A stretch of 64,000 bases of DNA from Haliotis rufescens (lineage: Eukaryota): contig NW_025964361.1 in the NCBI RefSeq assembly GCF_023055435.1, positions 30,938,001-31,002,000 on the forward strand, written 5' to 3'. Made by a program: the position numbers and the translations under genes. Shown piece by piece: positions 38,793-50,590 of this stretch (positions within the stretch are counted from its first letter, which is position 1; each line of letters opens with the position of its first letter). The notes under the pieces were generated by a model, which saw nothing but the letters and a program-made list of their open reading frames with translations, was not told where the DNA came from and made no database searches.

Positions 38793-39259
38793 TAATCTCA
38801 TTAAAATCAGACCTCAGTTCTCGCTACCGCTAAACAAAGATCTAAGGACATCCCATAAGGAACACGTCAGAACGACCTTTCATCCGACCAATCAGAGCAT
38901 CGCTTACCAGATAATGAAAGTGACAGTTGGAATGTGATTTCTGATCATGCAACCTCGAAAACGTTAACTCAGAACGATAGTTACGGGTTTAACGACTGAA
39001 TCCATACAATCTAGACCATCTATTAGCCATTCCAGAATATTCTTTTGTTCATGTTTCAAATTTGTCATCGAGAATTTTTCAAAATATGGTTGCCAATTTG
39101 AAATTAGTGCCGTAAAGGACGAGAAAGCTGCCTTCTGATTGGTCATTCCATTGGTCGGTCAAAGTTCGCGCAAGGTCGGTCTGACGTGACCCGTAATGGG
39201 ATGTCCTCAGATCTTTGTTTGGCGGTAGCGAGAACTAAGATCTGATTTTAATGAGATTT
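38793..39259. mobile_element. AcademH-like MITE
   Basis: TIRs of about 85 bp (TAATCTCATTAAAATCAGA...), perfect 9-bp TSD GTATGTTTT, internal helicase-like peptide relic. Confidence 0.8.
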
Positions 39260-39599
39260 GTATGTTTTAAACTTGATTTGAAGGGAGATAACTCTTTGCT
39301 TGAAAGATTTGAAGCTCTCATAAATCTCCCAGCCTTTACAATTTGTGAGCAATGTTTGTATCACGCGGTTTTGTTTATGGGTATTTATAATTTCTCCAAT
39401 AGGTCATTGTTCAGATATATATTTTGTTTTTTTCGATATATAAGACCACATGGCCCATTGTACAGTTGACATTTTCAGTTTCATTTTTTTAGTCACGTGA
39501 TATACATGATATATAAAAACTATCTGACAGAGAATATATGTTTCAACAATATGGCTAATGAACGTATAACATCAGTGTTGTTGGATTTAGTAAGACTGA

Positions 39600-39823
39600 T
39601 CATTAACATCTTGTTTTTATGCCCATTGTTAAACATCGGCATTTACTTTCCTCCAAGATGTTCATACTTATCTCATACTAATAAAACATGGAATTCATCC
39701 TCAGTAGGAAAACTTATATTGTATTTTCTATTGGTGGCTATCTATCTCTTATATTATATTCATATGTACTTTAGGCCCGAGGCCTGTAAAACTGAATAAT
39801 ATCTTGAATCTTGAATCTTGAAT
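39600..39823 (+). mobile_element. RTE-X-like LINE 3' tail fragment
   Basis: AGGCCCGAGGCCT...GAATAA followed by (ATCTTGA)n. The 5' limit is a guess. Confidence 0.5.
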
Positions 39824-40007
39824 ATGGTTCTAAGATTGCTATAAATACTTTTCTCAAATGATGTATATAACTTACCACGTCGATGTGTCAATGTTGTTTA
39901 TGTATATTGGCAGTGTGTATGTCATCATGTTACTCACATGCTTATGTGTTATATACATAAGGACAAAATAACAGGTTGAACTTGGACGATTTTAATGTGT
40001 AATATTC

Positions 40008-40294
40008 GTGAGTGAGTGAGTTTGGTTTGGTTTAACGCCGCTTTTAACAGTATTACAGTTATACCGCGGCGTGTCAGCTTAATGTGGGAGGAAAGCCCGA
40101 AGTGATGCAGGTCTCAGACGTTTACCACTTCGGTGAAACCCACGAGCACGGGTATGGTGCTGACAAACCTAGAAACATAATCGGGAGGAACCGGGATTCG
40201 AACCCACAATCATAGGTTTCTGGCGTGCCCAAGGGACGCAACTCTGCACAGCGAATCCCGGCGCCTTAGACGACTGGGCCGACCGTGCCCCCCG
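40008..40294 (-). mobile_element. SINE family C, full length (tRNA-Leu-like head, V-domain-like body)
   Basis: A box (CAGTCGTCTAAGGCG), long spacer, B box GGTTCGAATCCC, GTGGGTTTC...TTTCCTCCCACAT, shared 3' tail. Confidence 0.88.
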
Positions 40295-40436
40295 TATATT
40301 CGTAAGTACACATGTATATCTATTCTGTACCAAAGGGAAGTAGCAAGTAACGACGAGAATGAGGACTGTGTTGTTCCTCACAATGCTGTATGTTGTAGTT
40401 TGTCTCAGTGTTAAAATATGTCTCAATGCTGTAGTT

Positions 40437-40700
40437 GGCCCGTGAAGATCCGGGGTAGAACAGGTCTTCAGGAACCCATGTTTGCCGTTAAAGGGCGACT
40501 ATGCTTGTCGTAAGAGCGACTAACGGGATTGGGTGGTCAGGCTCGCTGACTTGGTTTGATGCATGTCATCGATCCCAATTGCGTGGATCGATGCTCATGA
40601 TGTCAATCACTGGAATGTCTGGTCCAGACTCTTTTACCTAGAGACCGCCGTCATATAACTGGAATATTGCTGAGTGCGCCGTTAAACAACAAACAAACAA
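40437..40700 (+). mobile_element. SINE family B, duplicated-hairpin subfamily
   Basis: TSD CAATGCTGTAGT lies 3 nt before CCCGTG. Confidence 0.9.
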
Positions 40701-41153
40701 TGCTGTAGTGTCTCGCATTGTTGTACTGCAGTATTGTAATGTCTCAAAATGTTCTGTAGCATTGTAGTTCACACAGTGGTAAGCATTCGTCACCACTCGC
40801 CCCTTTCCGTAACCTGCAAGAAGATCGCTATTCGGCTTATCCCGGAATAACACGAGTTGGTCACGAATGGAATGAGGGGTAATGTGTCGCACTGTCGTTA
40901 TCGAAGGGGAGCAACTCTAATATGTGAAACATCGTTACGGTTGGTGCAATGGTCTCGTTGAACGAAGTTGCTCTAAAATCTATTGTCCCTTCTTCTGCCC
41001 AAGATATTTTCAAGGCACATGGCATTGTGTACGGCGGGGATGCACAGTATGTAAACAAGATGTGATCACACTTCAACGAAGCTGAAATATTGACATTTAA
41101 TCCAGACAAACCTAACGCTGATTGCCTTACTATCTTCCGGTTTCAATTCAAAT

Positions 41154-41321
41154 CGGGGCGGTCGGGTAGCCTAGTGGTTAAAGCGTTCGCTCGTCACGCC
41201 GGAGATCCGAAGACCCCGGTTCGACAACATGGTACAATGTGTGAAGCCCTTTTCTGGTGTCCCCCGCCGTGATATTGCTGGAATATTGTTAAAAGCGGCG
41301 TTAAACCATACTCACTCACTC
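41154..41321 (+). mobile_element. SINE family A
   Basis: TSD CAATTCAAATC. Confidence 0.9.
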
Positions 41322-42000
41322 CAATTCAAATCTTTGCTTCCGCACTAAACACGTAAGATTACCAGTGAAGGTAATACGCGCACACTTTGACTCAACTTAC
41401 TAAAGAGATAACATAAAATAAACACTTGCACCAACGCATACACGCGCGCGCACGCACGCAAGCACATACATTCGTATGTTTATATGGCTGAGGAATTGTA
41501 GTTCATGGTTCTTCAAATAACAGTGAGTGAGTGAGTGAGTTACAATGTAACGGTACATCGGCATTATTTCAGCCATATAGCGACGAGACCAAGTTAATTT
41601 ATTCACAATTGAGTCATTTATGCAAAAGTTATATTTAAAAACAATTCATGAAACATATTTGAGCATACTATTTTTAAAACAACTTATGAAACATATTTGA
41701 GCATAACAATATCACGTATACAGTTTTAAAACACGGGCTACTGGTGCATAATACTAGCCAATATTAAAAAATATTCGGTATTGAGTTGGCTTAAAATCAC
41801 TGGTTGATGATAATAACATCGATTATGATAGGATTACGTGTCACACAGGGGGACAATATTTTTACGCTACGTTACTAACGCAAATAACAGAATTTTTAAG
41901 ATGTACAAACTTTAAACGCCAAGTACGTTATAAAAATTGGTGTGTCTTAATAATTATATGGGGGATGGTGTACATGTGTTCCTCAGTTTCTCGGTCTTTG

Positions 42001-42150
42001 TGGTAGCCGAGTAGTTCAAGCGTTTGCTGGTCACGCCGAAGACCCGGGTTCGATTTCCCACATTGGTTCAATGTGTAAAGATCATTTCTGGTGTCCGTGA
42101 TATTGCTGGAATATTGCTAAAAGCGGCGTCAAACCATATTCACTCACCCA
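42001..42150 (+). mobile_element. SINE family A, diverged
   Basis: Matches the family A consensus. Confidence 0.85.
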
Positions 42151-42367
42151 CTTCTCTGTTTTAGCCGCAAGACAATATGGGTGTCTGTTGCTGCTCTATA
42201 TTTTCGTATCTATCAATCCATATTCAACCCTATCTGGTGCTGCGTCTGATCTAACCGTGCAGTGTCAGACATCGCCGGAGGGGTTTATGTAAATCAACCT
42301 CACATAAACCACAGGGCAAACACTCATCTAAATAGTCAACAGTATACGAGGGTTAAGCTTATGCTTG

Positions 42368-42708
42368 GTGGGGTGAGGTGAGGTGAAATGGGGTTTAACG
42401 TCGCGTCCAAGATTATTGCACTTATATAGCGACGTGCATGCATGTGTATGAGTGTGTGGCTGCTTGTACTAGTCCGGACTGATGCCGATTTATAGTGCTA
42501 GCACACTGAGATACCATGCCGCAGTTTAACATGAATACCCCACTCAGACACAGTATATTGATTCCGAGCCGACCAGTCCTTGTTTTAGCCCCTTAATGCC
42601 GAGCGCCAGACGGGGTAACAACAAGTAACATCTTTTAACGTCTTTTGGTATGACGCGGCTGGGGATCGAACCCCGGACCTTCCGCTCTCCGGGCGGACGC
42701 TCTACCAT
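42368..42708 (-). mobile_element. SINE family D
   Basis: Near-identical to 10153-10507; TSD CTTATGCTTGG. Confidence 0.9.
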
Positions 42709-43249
42709 TCCGAGCGTCTTATGCTTGGGCCCAGATATTCGTCCAAGACTAAACCCATGTCATCACATTGTTTTTGAGAGTGTTACATCTTCACAAATAA
42801 ATTAAAGTTCAGTCGTGGGGCAGTTTGACAATTTAAACCACACTGTTAGAGCTTTACTGCCGTTAACTGTCATTTCGTTTATAAATTTACGCTTTCACAA
42901 AAAGCACCATTTATCACAGGGGGCCAAAATAGCCCTGCCGTCTAAAGCGCCACAGTACGTTCTGCTTTTCATTGAGCGTGTCAGAATTCGATGATAGTGT
43001 GACACACCTGATGTACCCTCAACCATAAACGTTGTTGTTTTTAGCTGTCTGACAAATGGGGTGTCTAACAAATGGGAGATGACCTTTTCATCACTTCGGG
43101 TTTTCCTCACGAATCAAGCCGTGATATAACTGAAATCCTGCCCAAATTACTAATTTATCCAAACTAGGCTAAAAACGATGTTCCGGTCAACATATTTCCA
43201 TATGCAGATGAATATATTTTCTGTTGGACGCGAGGCAGGTTTTCCAGCC

Positions 43250-43416
43250 GGGGCGGTAGGGTAGCCTTGTGCTTAAAGCGTTCGCTCGTCACGCCGAAGA
43301 CCAGGGTTTGATTCGCTACATGGGTACAATGTGTGAAGCTAATTTCTGGTGTCCCCCGCCGTGATGTTCTGGAATATTGCTAAGAGCGGCGTAAAACCAT
43401 AATCACTCACTCACTC
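43250..43416 (+). mobile_element. SINE family A
   Basis: Matches the family A consensus. Confidence 0.88.
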
Positions 43417-43975
43417 CAACCAACACCTTGACACAAAACATCAGAAATCAAACTGTGCAAAATACAGATAATTTCACAGCACCAGATGATTTTGTTTATA
43501 TTCAAGTAAAGGGGTCATCGGTCTATTCTACAAGTATACATGTCATGCATTACTTGACAAGAGCGCTTCACGTACAGACACAAAATTGGATAGATGACAA
43601 AATGTGCCTATACTTTATGTTTATATATAACTGGAACTCCCTTTAGAAAATTATTTTGTTTTTTTAGAGCAAAGTATACTAATTGTGTTTTGTTGTTAAT
43701 GATTCTACAATTGTTACAGAAAAAAACATGACATCAGCTTGTCATGGGTTGGACAAATATGATAATATGTTGAAAGAATACATATCACCAGAGAGGCAGT
43801 ATTAAACTCTCGATATTGAAAACCATGTCAAGATATTAACAGGGACATGCCGGCTTCAGAAACAATTGGTTGTGACATCATTATATATTACGTCATTAAT
43901 TGTGACTGTATAAATGAAATTGGTATTTACATTACTTCAACAATACAACGTATGTGCTTCGCATGTTGTTTTTTT

Positions 43976-44116
43976 GGTGGTGGTGGTTGTAGCGTTTACT
44001 CCTCCAAAAGGCCGGGTTCCGCACAGAGCTACAATGTGTGAAGCACATTTCTTGTGTCCCCCGACGTGAATATTCAAATAAGAATATACATTGGGCGTAA
44101 ACCTATACTCACTCAC
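43976..44116 (+). mobile_element. SINE family A, highly degenerate
   Basis: acaatgtgtgaagc...tgtccccc...ggcgtaaa..atactcactcac. Confidence 0.65.
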
Positions 44117-45579
44117 AGGGTATTGCGGCCCCTGATCTCGAGTATACACATTCAAGAATACACACCGCCTCACACTGCGACAGCTCTAGCCCCGCCATTG
44201 TTTCAAGGTAGACACACATTCCACAAGCGCATTCACTATTCAGGAATAGAAACATAAACATCTTTATCACCGACTCCGCGGGCCACACCGTATAAAAATA
44301 GTAACTGCACCTCAATCTGTGCACTACATGTCTCTGATATTATTATGACTTGTGTCTATTATCATGAATCCGACATGTCAAACGCGATGAGCTACTCGCT
44401 ACAAGTACGTGTTTCCACACACCCATCCAGGTGGTGTACACGAACAATACAATAAGGCCCCCAGTCAAGTAAGACGGGTTATGTTTACTGTATGACGGAG
44501 ACCCGGATGGAAAGCTTTGTGTGTTTGCCTAAACTGCAAAGACGGCCGAGGGCATGCTATATCGGGGTGTTTCTGCTTGAGTGGTTTTGAAAGTACACCT
44601 GATCAGTAAACGGACGGGTCCGAGAGACACACCTTGCCTCACACCTCCTTCCAGCACAAGTTACTTGGACTTTCGTATTATTCGCTATCAGGTGAGTTTA
44701 ACCAAATGTTGAGGTTGTGTGTTAATCGTTGTTTGTACTTATATGTTACTATGGTCTTACCTGCGACAGGTACGATATAGACGAGATAAGGCTTCCGTTA
44801 CAGGGTCTGTCAAACGCCATTGCAACAGCCTCACATTCGAATACAGCTTAACCATGGGCGTTTACAAATCTATTGCAACGGAGATATGTGAACGATTATT
44901 CTTGATCTGTGCATATTTGCTTATACTGATACGCTACAATGTATTAATATATGTGTTAAAGGAAGTAACGAATCAATATATTTACTGCATCATTACACAA
45001 TGATCTTTCTACATGCATACATCTTGTAAGTAAACAGTGGTGTACCCGACGAATGTTTAAACATTATCTTTTAACACGTGTAGCTAAAATCTATAGTTTT
45101 TAAAATCCTTGATACTTGTTTAGCATAGCTTCAAACTTCTTGTCAACTGTGTACACCTCGTACACGAATACGTTGATGCATCTAACAAGACAAGACATGA
45201 AGTACATGAAAATGGTCTCAACTTAACAAACGTATGCGCTATTGAGGTCAGTCCGCCTGTCGACAACCGACGTCTACGTCAATACAAGCCATTAGTCACA
45301 CAAGGCTGACATTTTCGTGCCCCTCAATCACTCATGTCACTTAGCATTCTGTACCAGGATACATCTACGCGGAACCTGTCTATAGTTGTGAAATATTCAC
45401 ACACTATAACGCAATCCCATTGCAAGTCCCTTTGTTAAAACGACAGTAGTATATGTGCGCATTTCTTTTCACAAACATCTGACTTTTCTTACAGTGTGAT
45501 GACAGGCAAGTCTTGTCCGCATGTTCCATATTAACATGTGCATATGTTGTCATGTATAAGTTAAGTGTTTCTGATTGAA

Positions 45580-45718
45580 TGTTGTTTAGCAATATTCCCG
45601 CAATATCAGGACGGGGCACCAGAAATTGGCTTCACACATTTTACCCATGAGAGAAATCGAACCCCGGTCTTCAGCATGACGAGCGAACGCTTAAACCAAT
45701 AGGCTAGCCACGGCCCCT
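45580..45718 (-). mobile_element. SINE family A, diverged
   Basis: Matches the family A consensus. Confidence 0.8.
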
Positions 45719-45787
45719 AATACACGTTAAAACTGGGAAGCAATTAATGATATTAGTAATGTACCGTTTCCAGTGCCAATTATATTA

Positions 45788-46074
45788 CCGTAGTCGACGT
45801 AATAAGCGCCCCTCTCTAATATATTGGCTAGTGAACAATCCCAATTAGCACCCCTTCCGATTGATCAATGTACAAAAGACTTATTTCTGACGCACTCGTG
45901 TGTTATATGCACCCTTAATTATGGGCAATTTAATTCTGGAAAAATATATCTGTCTTATTTAAACATTTCAGGCTGCCAGCATAAACCACGAAACTTATCT
46001 TTCAACATATTCTAATAAGAGCCCCCTATTTCTAATTTTGAGAGCGCCCTGGGCGCGTATTACGTCGAATACGG
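45788..46074. mobile_element. pogo-like MITE, copy 1
   Basis: TIRs CCGTAGTCGACGTAATAAGCGCCC / GGGCGCGTATTACGTCGAATACGG; paralogous to 51625-52008. Confidence 0.88.
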
Positions 46075-46226
46075 TTATTGTGAAATCAAAGTTGTTTGTA
46101 AAACAGCCAGACCATATACTCACTGTTCAATTTGATTGTCAGTTGGGTGTCAAATAGGTTGTCAGTAGGAGTTAGACATATTTTGAATGATGTCTTAGTG
46201 ATGAAGGGCAATGTATGACAGTGATT

Positions 46227-46410
46227 CCCAGTGGCGAGCCAGGGTTAGAATAGGTCTCAGTTAAAGAGTAGAATACATAGGTTCAGGCGGTCAAGGGCTG
46301 AGACTTGGCGGATATCGTGTCATCCGGTCCCGATGGCGGAGGTCATTTTCAGTCACTGTTTGTCTGGTCCATATCCGAGAATAACATACCGCCTTGACAT
46401 TGATGGAACT
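46227..46410 (+). mobile_element. Old relative of SINE family B
   Basis: GAGCC-AGGGTTAGAATA-GGTCTC hairpin, then gacttgg, tgtcatc, ttgtctggtcca and accgcc in family B order. Confidence 0.55.
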
Positions 46411-46879
46411 GTCCGAGGAAGTTTTACGGTTTTGGAGAAGGGTTGTGGGGTTGGGATGACAGACCACTGTGTCACTTATTCCTTCCCCCATTGTATTGCT
46501 ATATGTCACACAGCCACTACAATACATCTACTTCTAAGGCTAAAAAGGTAGACCTGGGATAAAGATATGCCAGTGAATGTTAGAGTCATACAGTGTCTTT
46601 GTGTAGCTTCTTAACAATTACCCAGTCGACTCGTATATTTCAAAGCGTCAAAAGGTCACATAGTATGGCTTAAGTTGTGCATGTCCCCGTTGAACTGCTC
46701 TAAACCTGGATCCGCCTCACTGCTCCCGGGCGCGTCTTAGTAGTGTTTATGGCATGTGAAAACACAGTTTCAGCTCTATATGAGTACATTAGGATTTGGT
46801 TTAGAGTGATGACACGGTGTTGCTGTGTCAATGTCTGCGAGAGACACATTCATATATCCTATAACTCCATATAACTCAT

Positions 46880-48346
46880 ATCCACACACAACAATTCACA
46901 TCCACACTCGTCCAAATATATCAACTCCCATCCACACATATCCCCTCACGTCCATACACACCAACTCCCATCCACACACATCACCTCACTTCCACACACA
47001 TCCACACACGTCCACACACACCAACTCCAATCCGCACACATCCCCTCACGTCCACACACACCAACTCCCATCCACACACATCCCCTCACGTCCAAACATA
47101 CCAACTCCCATCCACACACATCCCCACACGTCTACACACATCCCCTAACGTCCACACACACCAACTCCCATCCACACACATCCCCACGCGTCCACACACA
47201 TCCCCTAACGTCCACACACACCAACTCCCATCCACACATATGACCTCACGACCACACACACCAACTCCCATCCACACACATTCACACACGTCCACACATA
47301 TCCCCACACGTCCAAACACACCAACTCCCATCCACACACATCCAAACACGTCCACACACACCAACTCCCATCCACACACATCCCAACACGTCCAAACACA
47401 CCAACTCCCATCCACACACATCCCAACACGTCCACACACACCAACTCCCATTCACACACATCCCAACACGTCCACACACACCAACTCCCATCCACACACA
47501 TCCCCTCACGTCCACACCCCCCCCCCCCCCCTCCCATCCACACACATCCCCTCACGTCCACACACACCCCTCCCATCCACACACATCCCCTCACGTCTAC
47601 ACACACCAACTCCCATCCACACACATCCCAACACGTCCACACACACCAACTCCCAACCACACACATCCCCTCACGTCCACACACACCAACTCCCATCCAC
47701 ACACATCCCCACACGTCTACACACACCAACTCCCATCCACACACATCCCCACACGTCTACACACACCAACTCCCATCCACACACATCCCAACACGTCCAC
47801 ACACACCAACTCCCATTCACACACATCCCCACACGTCTACACACACCAACTCCCATCCACACACATCCCAACACGTCCACACACACCAACTCCCATTCAC
47901 ACACATCCCCTCACGTCCACACACACCAACTCCCATCCACACACATTCCCTCACGTCCACACACACCAACTCCCATCCACACACATCCCAACACGTCCAC
48001 ACACACCAACTCCCAACCACACACATTCACACACGTCCACATACACCAATTCCATCCCCTCACGTCCACACACACCAACTCCCATCCACACACATCCCCA
48101 CACGTCTATACACATCCCCTAACGTCCACACACACCAACTCCCATCCACACACATCCCCACACGTCTATACACATCCCCTAACGTCCACACACACCAACT
48201 CCCATCCACACACATGACCTCACGACCACACACACCAACTCCCATCCACACACATTCACACACGTCCACACACATCCCCACACGTCCAAACACACCAACT
48301 GCCATCCACACACATCCCCTCACGTCCAAACACACCAACTCATCCA
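46880..48346. repeat. C/A-rich minisatellite, 40-bp unit made of two 20-bp halves
   Basis: TCCACACACACCAACTCCCA + TCCACACACATCCCCTCACG, repeated about 35 times. Confidence 0.95.
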
Positions 48347-48540
48347 CAGACAAATGTATCAGTTGATAATTACGTATACACTTTTTGTTTGTGGTGCCGT
48401 AAAGCTGTATGCGTAGTAATATGCAAAGAATACAACGACGCATGTGATAATATTGCGCGAACTTTCAGTTTTTTAAATATGATAAACCGTTAATTTTAGG
48501 GCATGGTAAGGGCATAGTCAGTTGTTTCAAATGTTAAAAT

Positions 48541-48672
48541 TTGGTTGATTGAATGGATCGATGCTCATGATGTCAATCACTAGATTGTCTGGTCCCCAAA
48601 CGATTATTTAAAGACCGCCTTCATAGAGCTGGAATATTGCGGAGTGTGACGTTAAACAACAAACAAACCAAC
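48541..48672 (+). mobile_element. SINE family B, 3' fragment
   Basis: Matches the 3' half of the family B consensus. Confidence 0.8.
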
Positions 48673-48741
48673 AAGACATGCAAACAGCATGTCGTGGCGT
48701 TTTTCATGAAGGTTATATAATTATGTCTTGTTCCAGTGACT

Positions 48742-50590
48742 ATGGCGGACAACGGTAGTGGAATCAGTGATGAGGCTAACTATGGGGCAATCGCTGCTGT
48801 TGGCATCTTACTGCTCCTCGTTGTAGCCGTGTTGCTGTACGACTCCATATGTCGCGGCTCAAGCATCAAGAAGAAGAGGGCAATGAACAGGGGCTATCAG
48901 ATGCACGGAGTAGCTTGTAAGCTGATACATGTATTTCAGGGGGGTCCCGTGAAGATCCGGGGTAGAATAGGTCTTCAGCAACCTATGCTTGTCGTAAGAG
49001 GCGACTGACGGGATCGGGTGGTCAGACTCGCTGACTTGGTTGATACATGTCATCGCATATATATTGCGTGGATCGATGCTCATGGTGTCACTCACTGGAT
49101 TGTCTGGTTCAGATTCTATTATTCACAGACCGCCGTCATAAAGCTGGAATGTTGCTGAGTGCGGCGTTAAACAAAAAAGAAACAAATATTTCAGGGGAAG
49201 AAGGACACGGTTACCTGGTCATCTCAGGTGCCACAAATATCTAATAAGATGCAGAGTTGCATCCCTCAAATATGTTATATGGTCGTTGGTTCGAATTTCA
49301 GATTCGATCTGATTATGTATATCCATTTTGTTTATACTGTTATACCATGATACACTCTCGGTATTTATATGACTCACAGTTCCTGTCTTGTCTAAGAATT
49401 GTCATTCGAGCATATTTGAGTTTTTGACCACACCAAACATGTGGTTGATATTATGAACAACGTCCCATGTTGTATGCTAAACAACCAAGTCACCAAGCTT
49501 GAACACCCGATTCAATTAAATCGCCCAGTACGATAAACGACAGATTGATGGACATGCATCGGCGATTTTGAGTTTGGTTTGAGGCTGCTCTGATCAATAT
49601 TTTTGTTTGGCGTGTCAGCTTGAAATGGAAATAAAGCCGGAAGCGTTGTTTGTGTTGTTATTTAACGCCGCACTCAGCAATATTCCAGCTATCTGACGGC
49701 GGTCTGTAAATAATAGAGTCTGGACAAGGCAATCCAGTGATTAATATCACGTGCATCGATCCACGCAATTGGATGACATAGTCGCCTCTTACGACAAGCA
49801 TAGTCGCCTTTTACGGCAAGTATGGGTTGCTGAAGACCTATTCTACCCCGGATCTTCACGGGCAGATGCAGGTCTTACACGTTGGTGAAGTCCTTGCGTA
49901 CGGGCATGATGCGGACAAACTTAAAACATTATCATAGCGAACCTAGGATCGATCATAGATTTCTCTCACGCCCTAGGGGAGCAAACCTGCACAGCGAAAT
50001 GCGCCTGTCACGAACTCCTTTTCATATCACATCTATAAACAGAAATTCCTCACAGTCAATAGTCCTAACCAGTTTGCATTTTCCCAGCTACATGTATCGT
50101 AATAACAGTTTATTCATAATATGAGAGATCTCGAATTTGTTATACCCGACTCAATTTGTCGTTTGTATACGCCATATGTACGTATCTACCAATTTAACAT
50201 GTTCATCTACCGTAACTCAGACTAACGCTGATAGGGAGCTGAACGAATAAGCGTGTATTGTTGTTGTTGGTTTGTTGTTTGACGCCGCACTCAGCAATAT
50301 TCCAGCTATATGACGGCGGTCTGTAAATAACCGAGTCTGGACCAGGCATTCCAGTGATTGATATCATGAGCATCGATCCACGATGAAAGGACGAAATAGG
50401 ATAAGGGCCCTTTTTTGAACCGCTGAAAACGTCAAATTAGCATTTGCAGAAATCTTTGAGATGACGTTATTAAACAGACCAGGTATGTTCAAATGGCCTA
50501 TGTATCGTAGCTATGCATTATCAACCGTTGGATGTCCTTGTTTCACGTCATAACACGGTGACATTATCTATTTCAGCTGGAAGCGGATAG
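48742..50590 (+). CDS. Putative 62-aa single-pass (type III) membrane micropeptide
   Basis: Acceptor ttgttccag| at 48736, ATG at 48742, MADNGSGISDEANYGAIAAVGILLLLVVAVLLYDSICRGSSIKKKR...HGVA, phase-1 donor |GTAAGC at 48917, candidate acceptor atttcag| at 50576 giving SGSG*. Possible upstream UTR-exon donor CAG|GTGAGT at about 44691. Confidence 0.55.
48944..49186 (+). mobile_element. SINE family B, single-hairpin subfamily
   Basis: TSD TATTTCAGGGG. Confidence 0.9.
49565..50005 (-). mobile_element. Old SINE family C interrupted by a family B copy (49645-49862)
   Basis: The family C sequence GAAAGCCCGAAG|TGATGCAGG is split by the family B insertion. Confidence 0.75.
50258..50382 (-). mobile_element. 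SINE family B, 5'-truncated
   Basis: Matches the 3' half of the family B consensus. Confidence 0.85.

Noticed and set aside
46825-48443. His/Pro/Thr-rich and Cys/Val/Gly-rich ORFs
   Set aside because: Translations of the 40-bp minisatellite.
49826-49862. CTGAAGA hammerhead-like core on the antisense strand of family B
   Set aside because: No GAAA follows a stem II; the word is simply the complement of the hairpin arm.
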